Below, piece after piece: positions 26,286 to 39,599 of a DNA stretch of 64,000 nucleotides (position 1 is its first letter; each line of letters begins with the position of its first letter). The stretch is from Mobula hypostoma (taxonomy: Eukaryota). Made by a program: the position numbers and the translations under genes. Location: positions 108,130,001-108,194,000 of the forward strand of contig NC_086097.1 of the NCBI RefSeq assembly GCF_963921235.1, given 5' to 3'. The notes below the pieces were generated by a model, which was not told the DNA's origin, searched no databases, and was given only the letters and a program-made list of their open reading frames with translations.

Positions 26286-28715
26286 GCATTTGGACCAGTG
26301 GGCTGTGGACTTCATCACAGTGTTATTCAAATACAGTCCAACCTGCAGATTTCAGAGGTGAGAGGAGGCTGACTTGCAGGACTTCCTCAAAAGCTTATTA
26401 TCAAAGTACATACAGTATATGTCATCATATATGACCTTGTGATTCATTTTCTTGCAGGCATTCACAGCAGAACAAATTATACAATATAATTAATGAAAAA
26501 CTATATACAAACACTGACAAACAACTGAAGTGCAAAAGAAGACGGGCCACACAAATACAAAATAAATAAATAATAATGAGAATGAGTTGTAGACTGCCTG
26601 AAAGTGAGCTCGTGGGTTGTGAAAGCAGTTCCAAGTGAGGTTATTCATGCTGGTTCAGGAGCTTGATAGTTGAAGGGTAGTAACTGTTCATAAGCCTGGT
26701 GGTTTGGGATCTAAGGCTCCAGTTCCTCCTCCCCGATGGCAGCAACAAGAAGAGAGCATGGCCTGGATGGTGGAGGTCCGTGGTGATAAGGGCACTCTTT
26801 AGGTAATCTCCAATTCTTCAGCCATCAGAAGGTCAGATGACTGCACAATATTCAATTCTATCTGCTACTCCAACAAATGAATCAGTTGACAGTTGCATGG
26901 AGTAACTGGATTGGTTGTGTAAACACCATAGCAGGTCAGGGATTGGGTATCCTGGCACAACTGATTTGCCTGCAACCTTTTTTACTCACTGTTAGGCACA
27001 CCAAGAGCATGATGGGTCACTCTCCTCTTGCCTGGAGCCATTCAAGACAAAACAATTGATATGGTTGACACCCACCCCTTGCCCACTTAATCACTCTGAA
27101 CATCGATTTCCTCTGCCATCAGTATTCAAGCTGTAGTGTGTAGCACTTATAAACTGCAGTCTCTGTACTTGCCTAAGTTTCTCTACTAACATCTCACAAA
27201 CCTGCAACTAACATCAGGAATATCAACAATGGTAGGCATGTGAGAAAATCACCACCTGCAAGTTCTGTTCTCAGTCACACGCCATCCTGATTTTGAATTA
27301 CACCTTGTTCCTTCAACGTAGGTTAGATGTCCTACCAACAGCATTGTGAGAGTACACTCATCAGAAGGATGGCAATAGTTCACAAAGATAGCTCCCACTG
27401 TGAACCTTTCAAAAGAAACGAAGGCATTTCTCATCCTGCTTCACAAATCTGACCCAAATCTGAAGATGATATGGGATGACTTCAAGGTAAAGAGACACAT
27501 AGCAATCAGGCATTCTCTGGAGACCCTCTTGGTAGAGTCTACTAGACCTAGGATACATCACATTTTTATATCCGCAAGATCAAATATAACAGCAAGTGAT
27601 TCAATACAATTTCAATAACTACAATGTCATTGGCAGACTCAAAGCATTGCTGCCGTTGAATTATGTTTCAGCAATTGGGGGCACCTCTGACTGTACAAAT
27701 ATCTTTGCTGGGACTAAGTAATTCACAAGGATGATTTAAAGCTTTTGGGGACAGAGAACCCAGATGCCCAAAATTAATGCTGTGTCAGCTGGCTGTCTTC
27801 AGTACACAAATGTCCCCACTGTTGATTGATCTACTCTCCCTCTGGTCACGTTTGATCTGCTGAGTGACTACATCAGTCTGGTCTGTAGACTTCTGTGAAC
27901 TCAGTCATAATGGTGCAAATAAATTAGCCATAGTTGTCTGGTTTAATGTAAGTCAGTGAACATAACCTCACTGTTTGGTTGATGCCTACATCTAGTGGTC
28001 AGATCACTTTACGGACCACATATATCTCTTGAGCAGTGAACCCTCTGCTGTGATCCAGCAGCCTGTAGACATTGCCATTTGTTTGCAAAGCTGTCCTTTT
28101 AACTTCAGATTGATTACTGCTTGCAATTTGCATTAAGAACTGAAGATTACTTTTGTTTGGATTAATATTCATATAATTCCATAACTCATGAATCCCTAAC
28201 ACCATCACTTCGAATCTGTTCCCAACCCGATCCTTGACCCATCTGCAAATAAGATATGTTTATCTTGATTTATCTTCTGAAGAACGTGTCAAAATTGTGA
28301 ATACCTCTGCCAAGTCTCTGCTCAACTTTCTTTCTCTCTTTTTTTTTCTTATTTCAACTAAGATTTTGGCTACCTATCAGAACCCACTCCCACCTACTCT
28401 GTAACTTTAAACATTTCCAGGGTAACTTCAAGAAGTGCCATCTATTCATGATTCTAGGCTCTGCTGAGACTTTCGGCTAATCAGTAGCATGATTTATATT
28501 GCCTCCTATAGCACCGTGAAATGTGTCACATGTTACTCTTTCCCCACCTGTAACAATGCAAAATGTGTGTCACGTTATTCTTTCCCCATCCTTTCTTCCC
28601 AGTCTTGCCTTTAGTTTACTCAGTAATATCCTCACCTAAGTCTCTCCTCCACTTCACCTCCAGGCCCAATTCTCTCTTGCTCATTAATTAACAAATCTAT
28701 AGATGTAATGGGCCA

Positions 28716-28809
28716 CATACATCAAAGTTGCTGGTGAACGCAGCAGGCCAGGCAGCATCTATAGGAAGAGGCGCAGTCGACGTTTCAGGCCGAGACCCTT
28801 CGTCAGGAC
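28716..28809 (-). mobile_element. 94-bp PLE terminal insert ending at an intact hammerhead motif
   Basis: TSD GTAATGGGCCA at 28705-28715 and 28810-28820. Confidence 0.85.
28776..28809 (-). ncRNA. Minimal type-I hammerhead ribozyme motif, intact core
   Basis: Minus strand reads GTC-CTGACGA-AGG-gtctcgg-CCT-GAAA-CGTC-GAC. Confidence 0.78.
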
Positions 28810-29414
28810 GTAATGGGCCAGCTTGGTTAACTGAACAGCTGCCTCCTCTACAGTAATGACTTCACTCCTTCTAATGCTTTCTCCTTTTTATAATCTTTTT
28901 AATTGTTAACAGTGCAAACAAGAGGCATTTGCCTCATCTGGTATGAAATAAACTGGGAATGAAAAGAAAAGCAATTGCTTAGAAAACTTGTGACCCCCCC
29001 ACCCCAAATTCCATTCCACTCTGTGCACTCATCATAAACAATTTTATAGATCCTCTCTTAATCGTAATTCAGAACTTAAAATTGATCATCCTTCCACTTG
29101 TCTGATTCTGTTACCTCCTTTAACCCATCTACTTAGATTGCAAATGTAAAATTAAAAGTACATTTATTATCAAAGAATGTATAAGTTGTGCAACCTTGAG
29201 ATTTGTTTGCTCACAGGTACCAGAAGTAGTATCAAGTTACCACAATTCTCAAAAATCCTTGCACTAACTCTGGCTTATTATCTTTCTTGACCCATGAGGA
29301 AATAAATGTAAAGCTTGCTACTTTCAAAATCTGTTTGAGATAATCTTGCATGGATGTACGAGTACATTTGTAGGGCTCATCAGTCACCTAAGAACACACA
29401 GAATAGAGCGGAAA

Positions 29415-30342
29415 CAAGATAGATACTTCATTGATCCCAAAGGAAATTACGGGGTCACAGAGCATAACAAGTGCACAGATAGACAAATATACAAAGATTA
29501 AAAGAGAAGTAAGAAAGAATAAAAAAAAGTTACCTCAAAGAGTCTAACAGGAGGGGGGTCATCACTTCTCCGGCTACAGGTTGACTAATGGCCGAGGGTA
29601 ATTTTGAAGCAGTGCAGTTGTCTTAGTCTATTACTAAAAGTACTCCTGTTCAGCCAAGGTGGCATGCAGAAGGTGAGAAACATTGTCCAGAATTGCAAGG
29701 ATTTTCTGGACGGTCCTTTGTTCTACTACAGCCTCCAGTGTCCTGTTTGACTCCTATAACAGAGCCAGCCTTTCTAATCAGCTTATTGAGCCTGTTGGCA
29801 TTACCTGTGTTGATGCCATTGCCCCAGCATATCAACACAGATTGTATTGGCAACAACAGACTGATAGAATATGTGAAGGGGAGGCCTGCATACTCCAATG
29901 GACCTCCATCTCTTCAGTAAGTAGAGGCAACTCTGGCTCTTCTTGCACACAGCCTCTGTATTAGTGCTGCACTCAAGTCTGTCATCCAGGTGTACTTGTA
30001 GGTCCTCACCACATCCACATCCTCACCATCAATAGTAACAGGAAGCCGTGCAGGCTTAGTCTTCCTAAAGTCCATCACCATCTCCTTTGTTGAGCTGCAG
30101 GTGAATCAGCTTGCACCATTTGACAGTCCTGCACCAGGGCCTGTATTCATCCTCTTGTCCTCCCTTTATACGCCCAACTATTGCTGAGTCATGAGAGAAT
30201 TTCTGCAGATGACATGACTCAGTATTGTATCTAAAGTTTGTGGTACACAGGGTAAACAGTAAGGGAGCCAATTCAGTCCTCTGTGGGGCCCCAGTGCTGC
30301 TTATAGTCATGTCTGACACACAGCTCTGAAGTCGCACAAACT
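29415..30342 (-). mobile_element. Rex1-like LINE 3' part
   Basis: 'STGAPQRTELAPLLFTLCTTNFRYNTESCHLQKFSHDSAIVG' matches Rex1 RT motifs. Confidence 0.8.
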
Positions 30343-32189
30343 GAGAGATTGGCAAATAAGGGAGAAAGATTTGTCGAATGAGAGGATGGTTTAATTGGAT
30401 TGCTGACAAGGACAGATACAATGATTTTTGTTTGGTTGTGAAAATTTGTATTGCATTGAGAAGTTGTGTGAAATTACAACAAGCGAGCAAGAAATCTATT
30501 CCAGTTTGGACTGGTTTTGGTTTCCACTTGAAATTAATATTTGCGTTTAGTGCTATATTTGGGTAGGGAATTGAAGGATTTTGAGCACTGCGGAGATGAA
30601 TAGATGTATTTCCAAGTTATTGTACATGATCTGTAGATGATAATCCAAATTGCACTGTACCCATACATGTACTAGTCTTGTCCTTGCAGGTGGAAGTTGC
30701 AGAGTTTTCAGATAGGGTTGAAGCTCTGTGATTTGCTCACACAGTATATCTGGCAGATGGCATGGAATGCAGGCTCAATGTGATGGACAGTTTTCAATTT
30801 AATGGCTGATCTCACAGGTTGGCTTTGTCGCCTATCATGTCAAGCTTTTTGAATTAGGAGAGTACATATGCAGGATAGTGATGAGCAATCTCACATCCCA
30901 GACTAAATTGTCACTTTCAAAAGACAAGAAAAGCAAGTACAACTCATACAGACTCTTGAGCTTTATCTACCTTGTACTAATTCCACAGCTAAGCTAATCT
31001 TGGCTTCAATTCCTTTTTGATTTTAATTTCCAATAGAATTTGATTCCATTCAGTCCAAAAAAGTCTATTGCCATTGCCTTAAATACATAAAATGGCCCAG
31101 CTCTCAGTTCACTTGCAAAGAGAATTACCAAGGTTCATGACTCTAGGAGAGAAGTAATTGCTTTTCATTGTCATAATGATGGAACCCTCTTCTATGCTTC
31201 CATATTTCCAATCTCTCAGTGAGGGAAAAATATTCTGAGACTGAATTACCTTCAGATAATGTCCAGTTTACTTACACTAAATCACTTTGGTCTGTCAAAA
31301 TTGGCCCCTCGCCTGCTTAGTATCTTTATTCTCATTTTACCTTTATTCTTTTACCCTTTATGCCAAATCTAGTGGATTTATGATCATTACCACTGCGATC
31401 TTCTTGCACTGGCGCTCCTTCCCTCTGTCCATTTAATTCTTTTATCTTAAATTCATCATTGTTTCCCATCCCCATGTCTTGTTGGGTTTACTGCAATTAG
31501 TCAAGAATTCTTGACCAATTACTGCAATTCTTCATTGTAGATATCTCGATTTTCAAAAAAAAATGTAAGCCAGCACTTATCCAATTAAATTTTAGACCTC
31601 TTGCTTGATATTCAACATATCTGAATGTAACTGAGATCCTTCTAATTAGGGCAGGTGATCAATGCTTCCTATAATTTGTGTACGCAAAAATCTTGTGTTG
31701 TGCAATTTTTTGCCAAGTGACAACATGTGTGGACTAAATAATTTCTTCAATAACACAGTATAAATAAGCCAGTTCAAAAATCTGCAGACAAATCATCATA
31801 TATTCCACATTCCACATTCCACCGTCCACATCAGAAACCGGAAAAGGAAATGCGATTGTGTATGATCGTGAAATGTACTTAAACTGCCAATGAGGTGGAG
31901 GGTGATAACCTTTTGTGCGCAGTTTAAATTCTTTTGTATGCTAGTAGCAAAAAATGTGTGCATGCACATGTGCATACCTGAGAGGGAATGATGAGTTCAA
32001 AGGCTTGATTTTCCATGTATGCTCCACAGAGCGTGTCAACTGCATTGGTGTGGCTCAGTCTGACACAGCAGGCATTAAATCAGTGTTACAGAAGAATTGA
32101 CGTCATCAGCTACTTATTCTGCACCAGTCTATTTGCAAGTGGGATGAATTGTGCTTCAAATATGTCTTTGCAATTTACAGACACAATTC

Positions 32190-34520
32190 TGAATCAGAAT
32201 TGGGTTTTATTATCACTGTCTCGTATGATGTGGAATTTGTTATTTTGCAGCTGTAGTACAGTACAAAGATGTAAAATTTCTTTAAATTAGTGCAAAAAAT
32301 CAATAATGGGGTAGTGTTCATGGATAATTCAAAAACTGTAGAGGGGAAGAAGCTGTTCCAAAATCATTAAGTGTAGGTTATTATGCTCCTGTATCTCTTC
32401 GCTAACGAGGAGAGGGCATGTCCTGGATGATTAGAGTCTTTGACAATGGATGCCATCATCCTGAGGTACAGCATCTTGAAGACATCCTCAGTGGTGGGGA
32501 GAGTTCTGAGATGGAGCTGGCTGAATCCACAGTCTTCTGTGGCCTCTTGCAATCCTATGCATTAGAGTCTCCATATAAGGCTCTGATGCAACCAGTCAGA
32601 ATGCTCGTCATGCTACATCTATACAAGTTTTCAAGTGTTTTTAGCGACATACTAAATCTCCTCAAACTCCTAATGAAGTAGAGCCACTGGCGTGCCTCCT
32701 TGATTACATCTTGGAGATGTTCACACCCAAAAATTTAAAGCTGCTCACCTTTTCCACCAGTCACCCCCTCAAAAAGGACTCCCCGACTTCCCCTTTTGGA
32801 AAGACCACAATCAATTTCTTAGACTTGTTGTTGAGTGTGAGGTGGTTGCTGTGACATCACTCAACCAACTGATCTATCTCACTCCAGGATGCCTCCTCCT
32901 TGTCACCCAAGAACTTACCCACAAGAGTGGCATCCTTTGCAAATTTATAAATGACATTTGAGCTATGTGTAGCCATAAAGACAAGTGGAGAGAATAGAGT
33001 AGTGGGTTAAGCACACATTTTGAGGTACACCTGTGTTGATTGTAAGTGAGAAGGAGATGTTGTCACTGATCTGCACTGACTGTGATCTCCCAATGAAGAA
33101 GTTGAAGATCTAGTTGCAGAGAGAGGTACAGAGGTCTAGGATTTAAAGCTTGACAATTAATTTTGAGAGGTAATTTTGTTAAATACAGAACTGCAATTGA
33201 TAACCAGTTGCCTGACTTGTGCTTTGCCGTTGTCTCGGTGCTCTAAAGCAGAGATAGGTTGCAACTGCTGTAGCCCTGTTTTGGTGGTAGGCAAATTACA
33301 GCAGGTTCAGTCATTGCTCAGGTAGGAGTTAATTCTAGCCATTCCTTGCCCGGGTAGAAGCTAAGTCTAGCCATGGCCAACCTCTCGAAGCACTTCACTA
33401 TGGTCGATATGGGAGTAACATTACAGGTAATGTTGTTGAGGCTTCCCACCCTGCTCTCCTCAGGCACCAGTATATAAACATATAACAATTACAGCACGGA
33501 AACAGGCCATCTCGGCCCTTCTAGTCCGTGCCGAACTTTTACTCTCACCTAGTCCCACCGACCTGCACTCAGCCCATAACCCTCTATTCCTTTCCTGTCC
33601 ATATATCTATCCAATTTAACTTTAAACGGCAACATCGAACCTGCCTGGAAGCTCGTTTCACACAGCTACCACTCTCTGAGTAAAGAAGTTCCCCCTCATG
33701 TTACCCCTAAACTTTTGCCCTTTAACACCCAGCTCATGTCCTCTTGTTTGAATCTCCCCCATTCTCAATGGAAAAAGCCTATCCACGTCAACTCTATCAA
33801 TCCCCCTCATAATTTTAAACACCTCTATCAAGTCCCCCCTCAACCTTCTACGCTCCAAAGAATAAAGACCTAACTTGTTCAACCTTTTTCTGTAACTTAT
33901 AGTATAGTTGATGCCTTTTTGAAATGGGTTGGAACCTCCAACTGCTGCAGTTGAAAATGCCTTTGAACACTCTCTCCTGTTGGTTGGCACATGTTTTCAG
34001 TGGCCTGTTGGGTACACCATCGGGCCCAAATGCCTTGCGAGGGTTGAACTTCTTGAAAGATGCTCTGACACCAGCATCTTAGACAGAGATCACAGAGTTA
34101 CCAGGTGCTGTAGGGACTCACACAAGTGTAGTGCTATTCTCCTTTTCAAAGCGTGCATAAAAGGCACAGAGCTCATCAGGGATTTGAAGCATCTCTGCCA
34201 TTTATGCCGCTAGAATTTGCCTTATGGCATGCAAACCCTTGCACAGCTGTTTAGCATCTGATTGTGGATCTAATTTCACACACAGCTGTCTTTTCATTGT
34301 CACAATCACCTTCAATAGATCATACCAGGACTTCATGCAGAGTTCTGGGTCCTTGCCATTGAAAACCACAGATCTAGCCCTCAGCAGAATGAAAATTTCC
34401 TGTTTCATTCAGAGCTTCTGGTTTGGGAAAACTCAGTACCTTCTCAATGACACACACTCATCCATGCATGTCTTGATGAAGTCAGTACTGTCCTTGACAT
34501 ATTCAGATCCAAGTATGAAT
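32190..34520 (-). mobile_element. Old Rex1/Babar-like LINE (RT region), interrupted by a CR1 3' fragment
   Basis: C-terminal 'ASIVKDSNHPGHALSSL' followed upstream by degenerate RT sequence. Confidence 0.65.
33475..33898 (-). mobile_element. Young CR1 3' fragment
   Basis: 'SYRKRLNKLGLYSLERRRLRGDLIEVFKIM...NFFTQRVVAV' plus the CR1 3' UTR. AGTATA appears on both flanks. Confidence 0.85.
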
Positions 34521-36168
34521 CTCTGAACATAGAAAACCTACAGCACAATACAGGCCCTTTGGCCCACGAAGTTGTGCCGAACATGTCCCTACCTTAGAAA
34601 TTACTAGGGTTACCCATAAACCTCTATTTTTCTAAGCTCCATGTATCTATCCAAAAGTCTCTGAAAAGACCCTATCGTATCCACCTCCACCACTGTTGCC
34701 GGCAGTCCATTCCATGCACTCACCACTCTCTGAGTAAAAGACTTACCGCTGACATCTCCTCTGTACCTACTCCCCAGCACCTTAAACCTGTGCCCTCTTG
34801 TGGCAGCCATTTCAGCCCTGGGAAAAAACCTCTGACTATCCACACGATCAATGCCTCTCATCATCTTATACACCTCTATCAGGTCACCTCTCATCCGCCG
34901 AAGCCCCAAGGAGAAATAAGGCATGCTCCCCAATCCAGGCAACATCTTGTAAATCTCCTCTGCACCCTTTCTATGGTTTCCACATCCTTCCTGTAGTGAG
35001 GTGACCAGAACTGAGCACAGTACTCCAAGTGGGGTCTGACCAGGGTCCTATATAGCTGTAACATTATCTCACGGCTTCTAAATTCAATTCCACAATCGGT
35101 GAAGGCCAATACACCATATGCCTTCTTAACCACAAGGTCAACCTGCACAGCTGCTTTGAGCATCCTATCTCGGACCCCAAGATCCCTCTGATCCTCCACA
35201 CTGCCAAGAGTCTTACCATTAATACTATATTCTGCCATCATATTTGACCTACCAAAATGAACCACCTCACACTTACCTGGGTTGAACTCCATCTGCCAAT
35301 TCTCTGCCCAGTTTTGCATCCTATCAATGTCCCGCTGTAACCTCTGACAGCCCTCCACACTATACACAACACCCCCAACCTTTGTTTATCAGCAAACATT
35401 CTAACCCATCCCTCCACTTCCTCATCCAGGTCATTTATAAAAATCACAAAGAGTAAGGGTCCCAGAGCAGATCCCTGAGGCACACCACTGGTCACCGACC
35501 TCCATGCAGAATATGACCCGTCTACAACCACTCTTTGCCTTCTAGGGGCAAGTCAGTTCTGGATCCACAAAGCAATGTCCCCTTGGATCCCATGCCTCCT
35601 TACTTTCTCAATAATCCTTGCATGGGGTACCTTATCAAATGCCTTGCTGAAATCCATATACACTACATCTACTGATCTTCCTTCATCAATGTGTTTAGTC
35701 ACATCTTCAAAAAATTCAATCATGCTCATAAGGCACGGCCTGCCCTTGACAAAGCCATACTGACTATCCTAATCATATTATACCTCTCCAAATGTTCATA
35801 AATCCTGCCTCTCAGGATCTTCTCCATCAACTTACCAACCACTGAAGTAAGACTCACTTGTCTATAATTTCCTGGGCTATCTCTACTCCCTTTCTTGAAT
35901 AAGGGAACAACATCCAGAACCTCTCCCGTCCCCATTGATGATGCAAAGATCATCGCCAGAGGCTCAGCAATCTCCTCCCTCGCCTCCCACAGTAGCCTGG
36001 GGTACATCTCATCCGGTCCCGGCGACTTATCCAACTTGATGCTTTCCAAAAGCTCTAGCAACTCTTCTTTCTTAATATCTACATGCTCAAGCTTTTCAGT
36101 CCGCTGCAAGACATCACTACAATCACCAAGATCCTTTTCCAGAGTGAATACCCAGTAGAGTTATTGAC

Positions 36169-36485
36169 GCAAACAACAGGAATTTTGCAGATGCTGGAAA
36201 TTCAAGCAACACACATCAATGTTGCTGGTGAATGCAGCAGGCCAGGCAGCATCTCTAGGAAGAGGTACAGTCGATGTTTCAGGCCGAGACCCTTCGTCAG
36301 GACTAACTGAAGGAAGAGTTAGTAAGAGATTTGAAAGTGGGAAGGGGAGGGGGAGATCCAAAATGATAGGAGAAGACGGGGGGGGGGGGAATGGAGGCAA
36401 GAGCTAGACAGGTGATTGGTAAAGGGGATATGAGAGGATCATGGAACAGGAGGTCCGGGGAGAAAGACAAGGTGGGGGGGAACCC
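36169..36485 (-). mobile_element. PLE pLTR insert in CR1
   Basis: TSD AGAGTTATT(G/T)AC at 36157-36168 and 36486-36497. A hammerhead motif lies on the minus strand at 36269-36304 (AGTC-CTGACGA...GAAA-CATC-GACT). Confidence 0.82.
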
Positions 36486-37026
36486 AGAGTTATTTACCCC
36501 TTCCTGTTTTAACCTCCACCCACAGAGACTCCGTAGACAATCCCTCCATGACATCCATCTTTTCTGCAGCCGTGACACTATCTCTGATCTACAGTACCAC
36601 GCCCCCCACCTTTTTTTGCCTCCCTCCCTGTCCTTTCTGAAACATCTAAAACCCAGCACTTGAAGTAACCATTCCTGTCCCTGAGCCATCGAAGTCTCTG
36701 TAATGGCCACCACATCATAGCTCCAAGTACTGATCCACGCTCTAAGCTCATCCACTTTGTTCACAATACTCCTTGCGTTAAAATAGACACATCTCAAACT
36801 GTCGGTCTGAGCGCATCCCTTCTCTATCACTTGCCTATCCTCTCTCACACACTGTCTCCAAGCTTTCTCTGTTTGTGAGCCAACCGCCTCTTCCCCAGTG
36901 TCTTCAGTTTGGTTCCCACCCCCAAACAATTCTAGTTTAAACTCTCCCCAGTAGCCTTCGCAAACCTCCCCGCCAGGATATTGGTCCCCCCGGCATTCAA
37001 GTGCAGCCCATCCTTTTTGTACAGGT

Positions 37027-37634
37027 AACACTCACAACACGCTGGAGGAACTCAGCAAGTTGGGCAGCATCCGTAGAAAGGATGAGTCAACGTTTCGGGC
37101 CGGAACCCTTTGTTAGGACTGTAGAGGGAAGGGGCAGAGACCCTATAAAGAAGGTGGAGGAGGGGTGGGAAAGAGAAGGCTGATAGGTTCCAGGTGAAAA
37201 TACTGTATATTAAAAAAAGTGAGGTAGTGTCCAAAGCTTCAATGTCCATTTAGGAATCAGATGGCAGAGGGGAAGAAGCTGTTCCTGAATTGCTGAGTGT
37301 GTACCTTCAGGCTTCTGTATCTCCTACCTGATACAGAAAATTGTGTTTTCCCCTATTCCTTCACCTTTCCTGCCTATCGCCTCCCTGCTTCCCCTCCCCC
37401 CCCCTTTGTCTTTCCCCTCACTGGTTTTCACCTGGAACCTACCAGCCTTCTCCTTCCCACCCTCCCCCAACTTCTTTATAGGGCCTCTGCCCCTTCCCTC
37501 TACAGTCCTGATGAAGGGTTCTGGCCCGAAACGTCGACTCATCGTTTCCACGGATGCTGCCCGACCTGTTGAGTTCCTCCAGCGTATTGTGAGTGTTGCC
37601 TTGATCCCAGCATCTGCAAATTATTTTGTGTTTA
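37027..37634. mobile_element. Inverted-pLTR PLE derivative in CR1, itself containing a Rex-like fragment (about 37200-37332)
   Basis: TSD CTTTTTGTACAGGT at 37013-37026 and 37635-37648. Inverted arms at about 37027-37200 and 37424-37597. Confidence 0.85.
37504..37539 (+). ncRNA. Minimal type-I hammerhead ribozyme motif, intact
   Basis: AGTC-CTGATGA-a-GGG-ttctgg-CCC-GAAA-CGTC-GACT. Cleavage is predicted after C37535 (GUC triplet). Confidence 0.82.
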
Positions 37635-38734
37635 CTTTTTGTACAGGTCACACCTGCACCAAAAGAGATCCCAATGATCCAGAAATCTGAACCCCTGCGC
37701 CCTGCTCCAATCCCTCAGCCACGCATTTATCCTCCACCTCATTCTATTCCTATACTCACTGTCACTTGGCACAGGCAGTAATCCCGAGATTACTACCTTT
37801 GTGGTCCTGCTTCTCAACTTCCTTCCTAACTCCCTGTAGTCTGCTTTCAGGACCTCCTCCTTTTCCTGCCTATGTCAATATGTACCACGACCTCTGGCTG
37901 TTCTCCCTCCCACTGCAGAATCTCTTGGACGCGATCTGAAACATCCCGGACCCTGGCACCTGGGAGGCAAACTACCATCCGAGGTTCTTTCCTGCGTCCA
38001 CAGAGTTGCCTGTCTGACCCCCTAACTACAGAGTCCCTCATCACTACTGCCTTTCTCTTCCTTTCCCTACCCTTCTGAGCCACAGGGACAGACTCTGTGC
38101 CAGAGGCACGGCCACTGTTGCTTCCCCCAAGTAGGCTGTTTCCCCCCCCAACAGTACTCAAACAGGAGTACTAATTGTCAAGGACTACTCTCTCGTACCT
38201 GACTCTTCCCCTTCCCTCTCCTGACTGTGGCCCACTTGACTGTCTCCCGTGGCCCCGGTGTGACCACCTGCCTATAACTCCTCTCTATCACCTCCTTGCT
38301 CTCCCTGACCAAATGAAGGTCATCGAGCTGCAACTCCAGTTCCCTAACGCAGTCCTTTAGGAGCTGCAGCTCGACACACTGGGTGCAGATATGGCCATCG
38401 GGGAGGTTGGGAGACTCCAGGACTTCCCACATCTGACACCGAGCACTGGCCTCACACACTGGAATATGTTCCAGTCTATCAATTCTAAGTGCTACTGTCA
38501 ATGTTCTTGGTCCTCACAACTGGTGATATGTTCCACAGTCTCTGCCTGTACACTGTGAGTAGAAGTACAGCCAGGTGACCGGACTTGCCAAAGTGAGGTT
38601 GTGGAAATGGTACGGTAAACTTTCTGATTGAGTGTGTTGACTTATCAGGTTCTGTAGGTGACACCATCCAGACTATGCTCTCTTCACACTAATACCATTT
38701 GCCAGGGGTTACAGGAGCCCTGGGTCCCACTTGA

Positions 38735-39598
38735 GCAGATTCAGGAACATCAGGCTCCTGAATCATTATGGATAACTTCACTCACCACTATTCTGAACTA
38801 AATCCACAATGCACAGATACACTTTCAATGACTCTACAACTCACGTTCTTAGTATTAGTTATTTTTTATTTGCACAATATGTCTTTTACACTTTGGTTGT
38901 CAACAAATACACTCAAAAACTTCTATAGTTGTACCATACTGTGGAGAGCATTCTGACAGGCTGCATCACTGTCTACTATGGAGGGGCTACTGCACAGGAC
39001 CAAAAGAAGCTGCAGCAGGTTGTGAATCTAGTCAGCTCCATCTTGGGCACTAGCCTACAAAGTACCCAGGACATCTTTAGGCAGCGGTGTCTCAGAAAGG
39101 CAGCGTCCATTATTAAGGACCTCCAGCACCCAGGGCATGCCCTTTTCTCACTGTTGCCATCAGGTTGGAGGTACAGAAACCTGAAGGCACACACTCAGTG
39201 ATTCAGGAACAGTTTCTTCCCCTCTGACATCCGATTCCTAAATGGACATTGAAGCTTTGGACATGACCTCACTTTTGTTTTTAATATACTGTATTTCTGT
39301 TTGTGCACATTTTTAAATCTATTCAATATACGTAATTGATTTACTTGTTTATTTATTATGTTTTGTTTTATTTATTATTTTTTCTCTCTGCTAGATTATG
39401 TATTGTATTGAACTGCTGCTGCTAAATTTCACATCACATGCCAGGGATAATAAACCTGATTCTGGTTGTTTGTCAGTTGTTGTTTATGTACATTTTTGCG
39501 TAAATTATACTATTTATTTTCCAGTAAATGCTCACAAGAAAATGAATTGCAATAACATATACATATTTTGATAATATGTAAATTCACTTTGACTTTGA
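38735..39598 (+). mobile_element. Two nested Rex1/Babar-like 3' fragments
   Basis: 'VESILTGCITVYYGG...AASIIKDLQHPGHALFSLLPSG'. The inner copy is flanked by GGTTGT. Confidence 0.7.
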
Positions 39599-39599
39599 C

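Larger units (their letters stand above)
34526..38460 (-). mobile_element. CR1 LINE with ORF1 (Cys-rich region, coiled coil, SGNH esterase) and internally deleted ORF2, carrying two nested PLE inserts
   Basis: ORF1 'CQMWE...HICTQCVELQLLKDCVRELELQLDDL'. RT '[10 protein letters not shown]...MFAD'. The sequence jumps from APE to the start of RT at about 36150. Confidence 0.9.

Noticed and set aside
24994..28260. Possible minus-strand exons (about 25120-25143 and 27999-28241)
   Set aside because: Acceptor-like sites exist, but there is no recognisable peptide or consistent exon chain.
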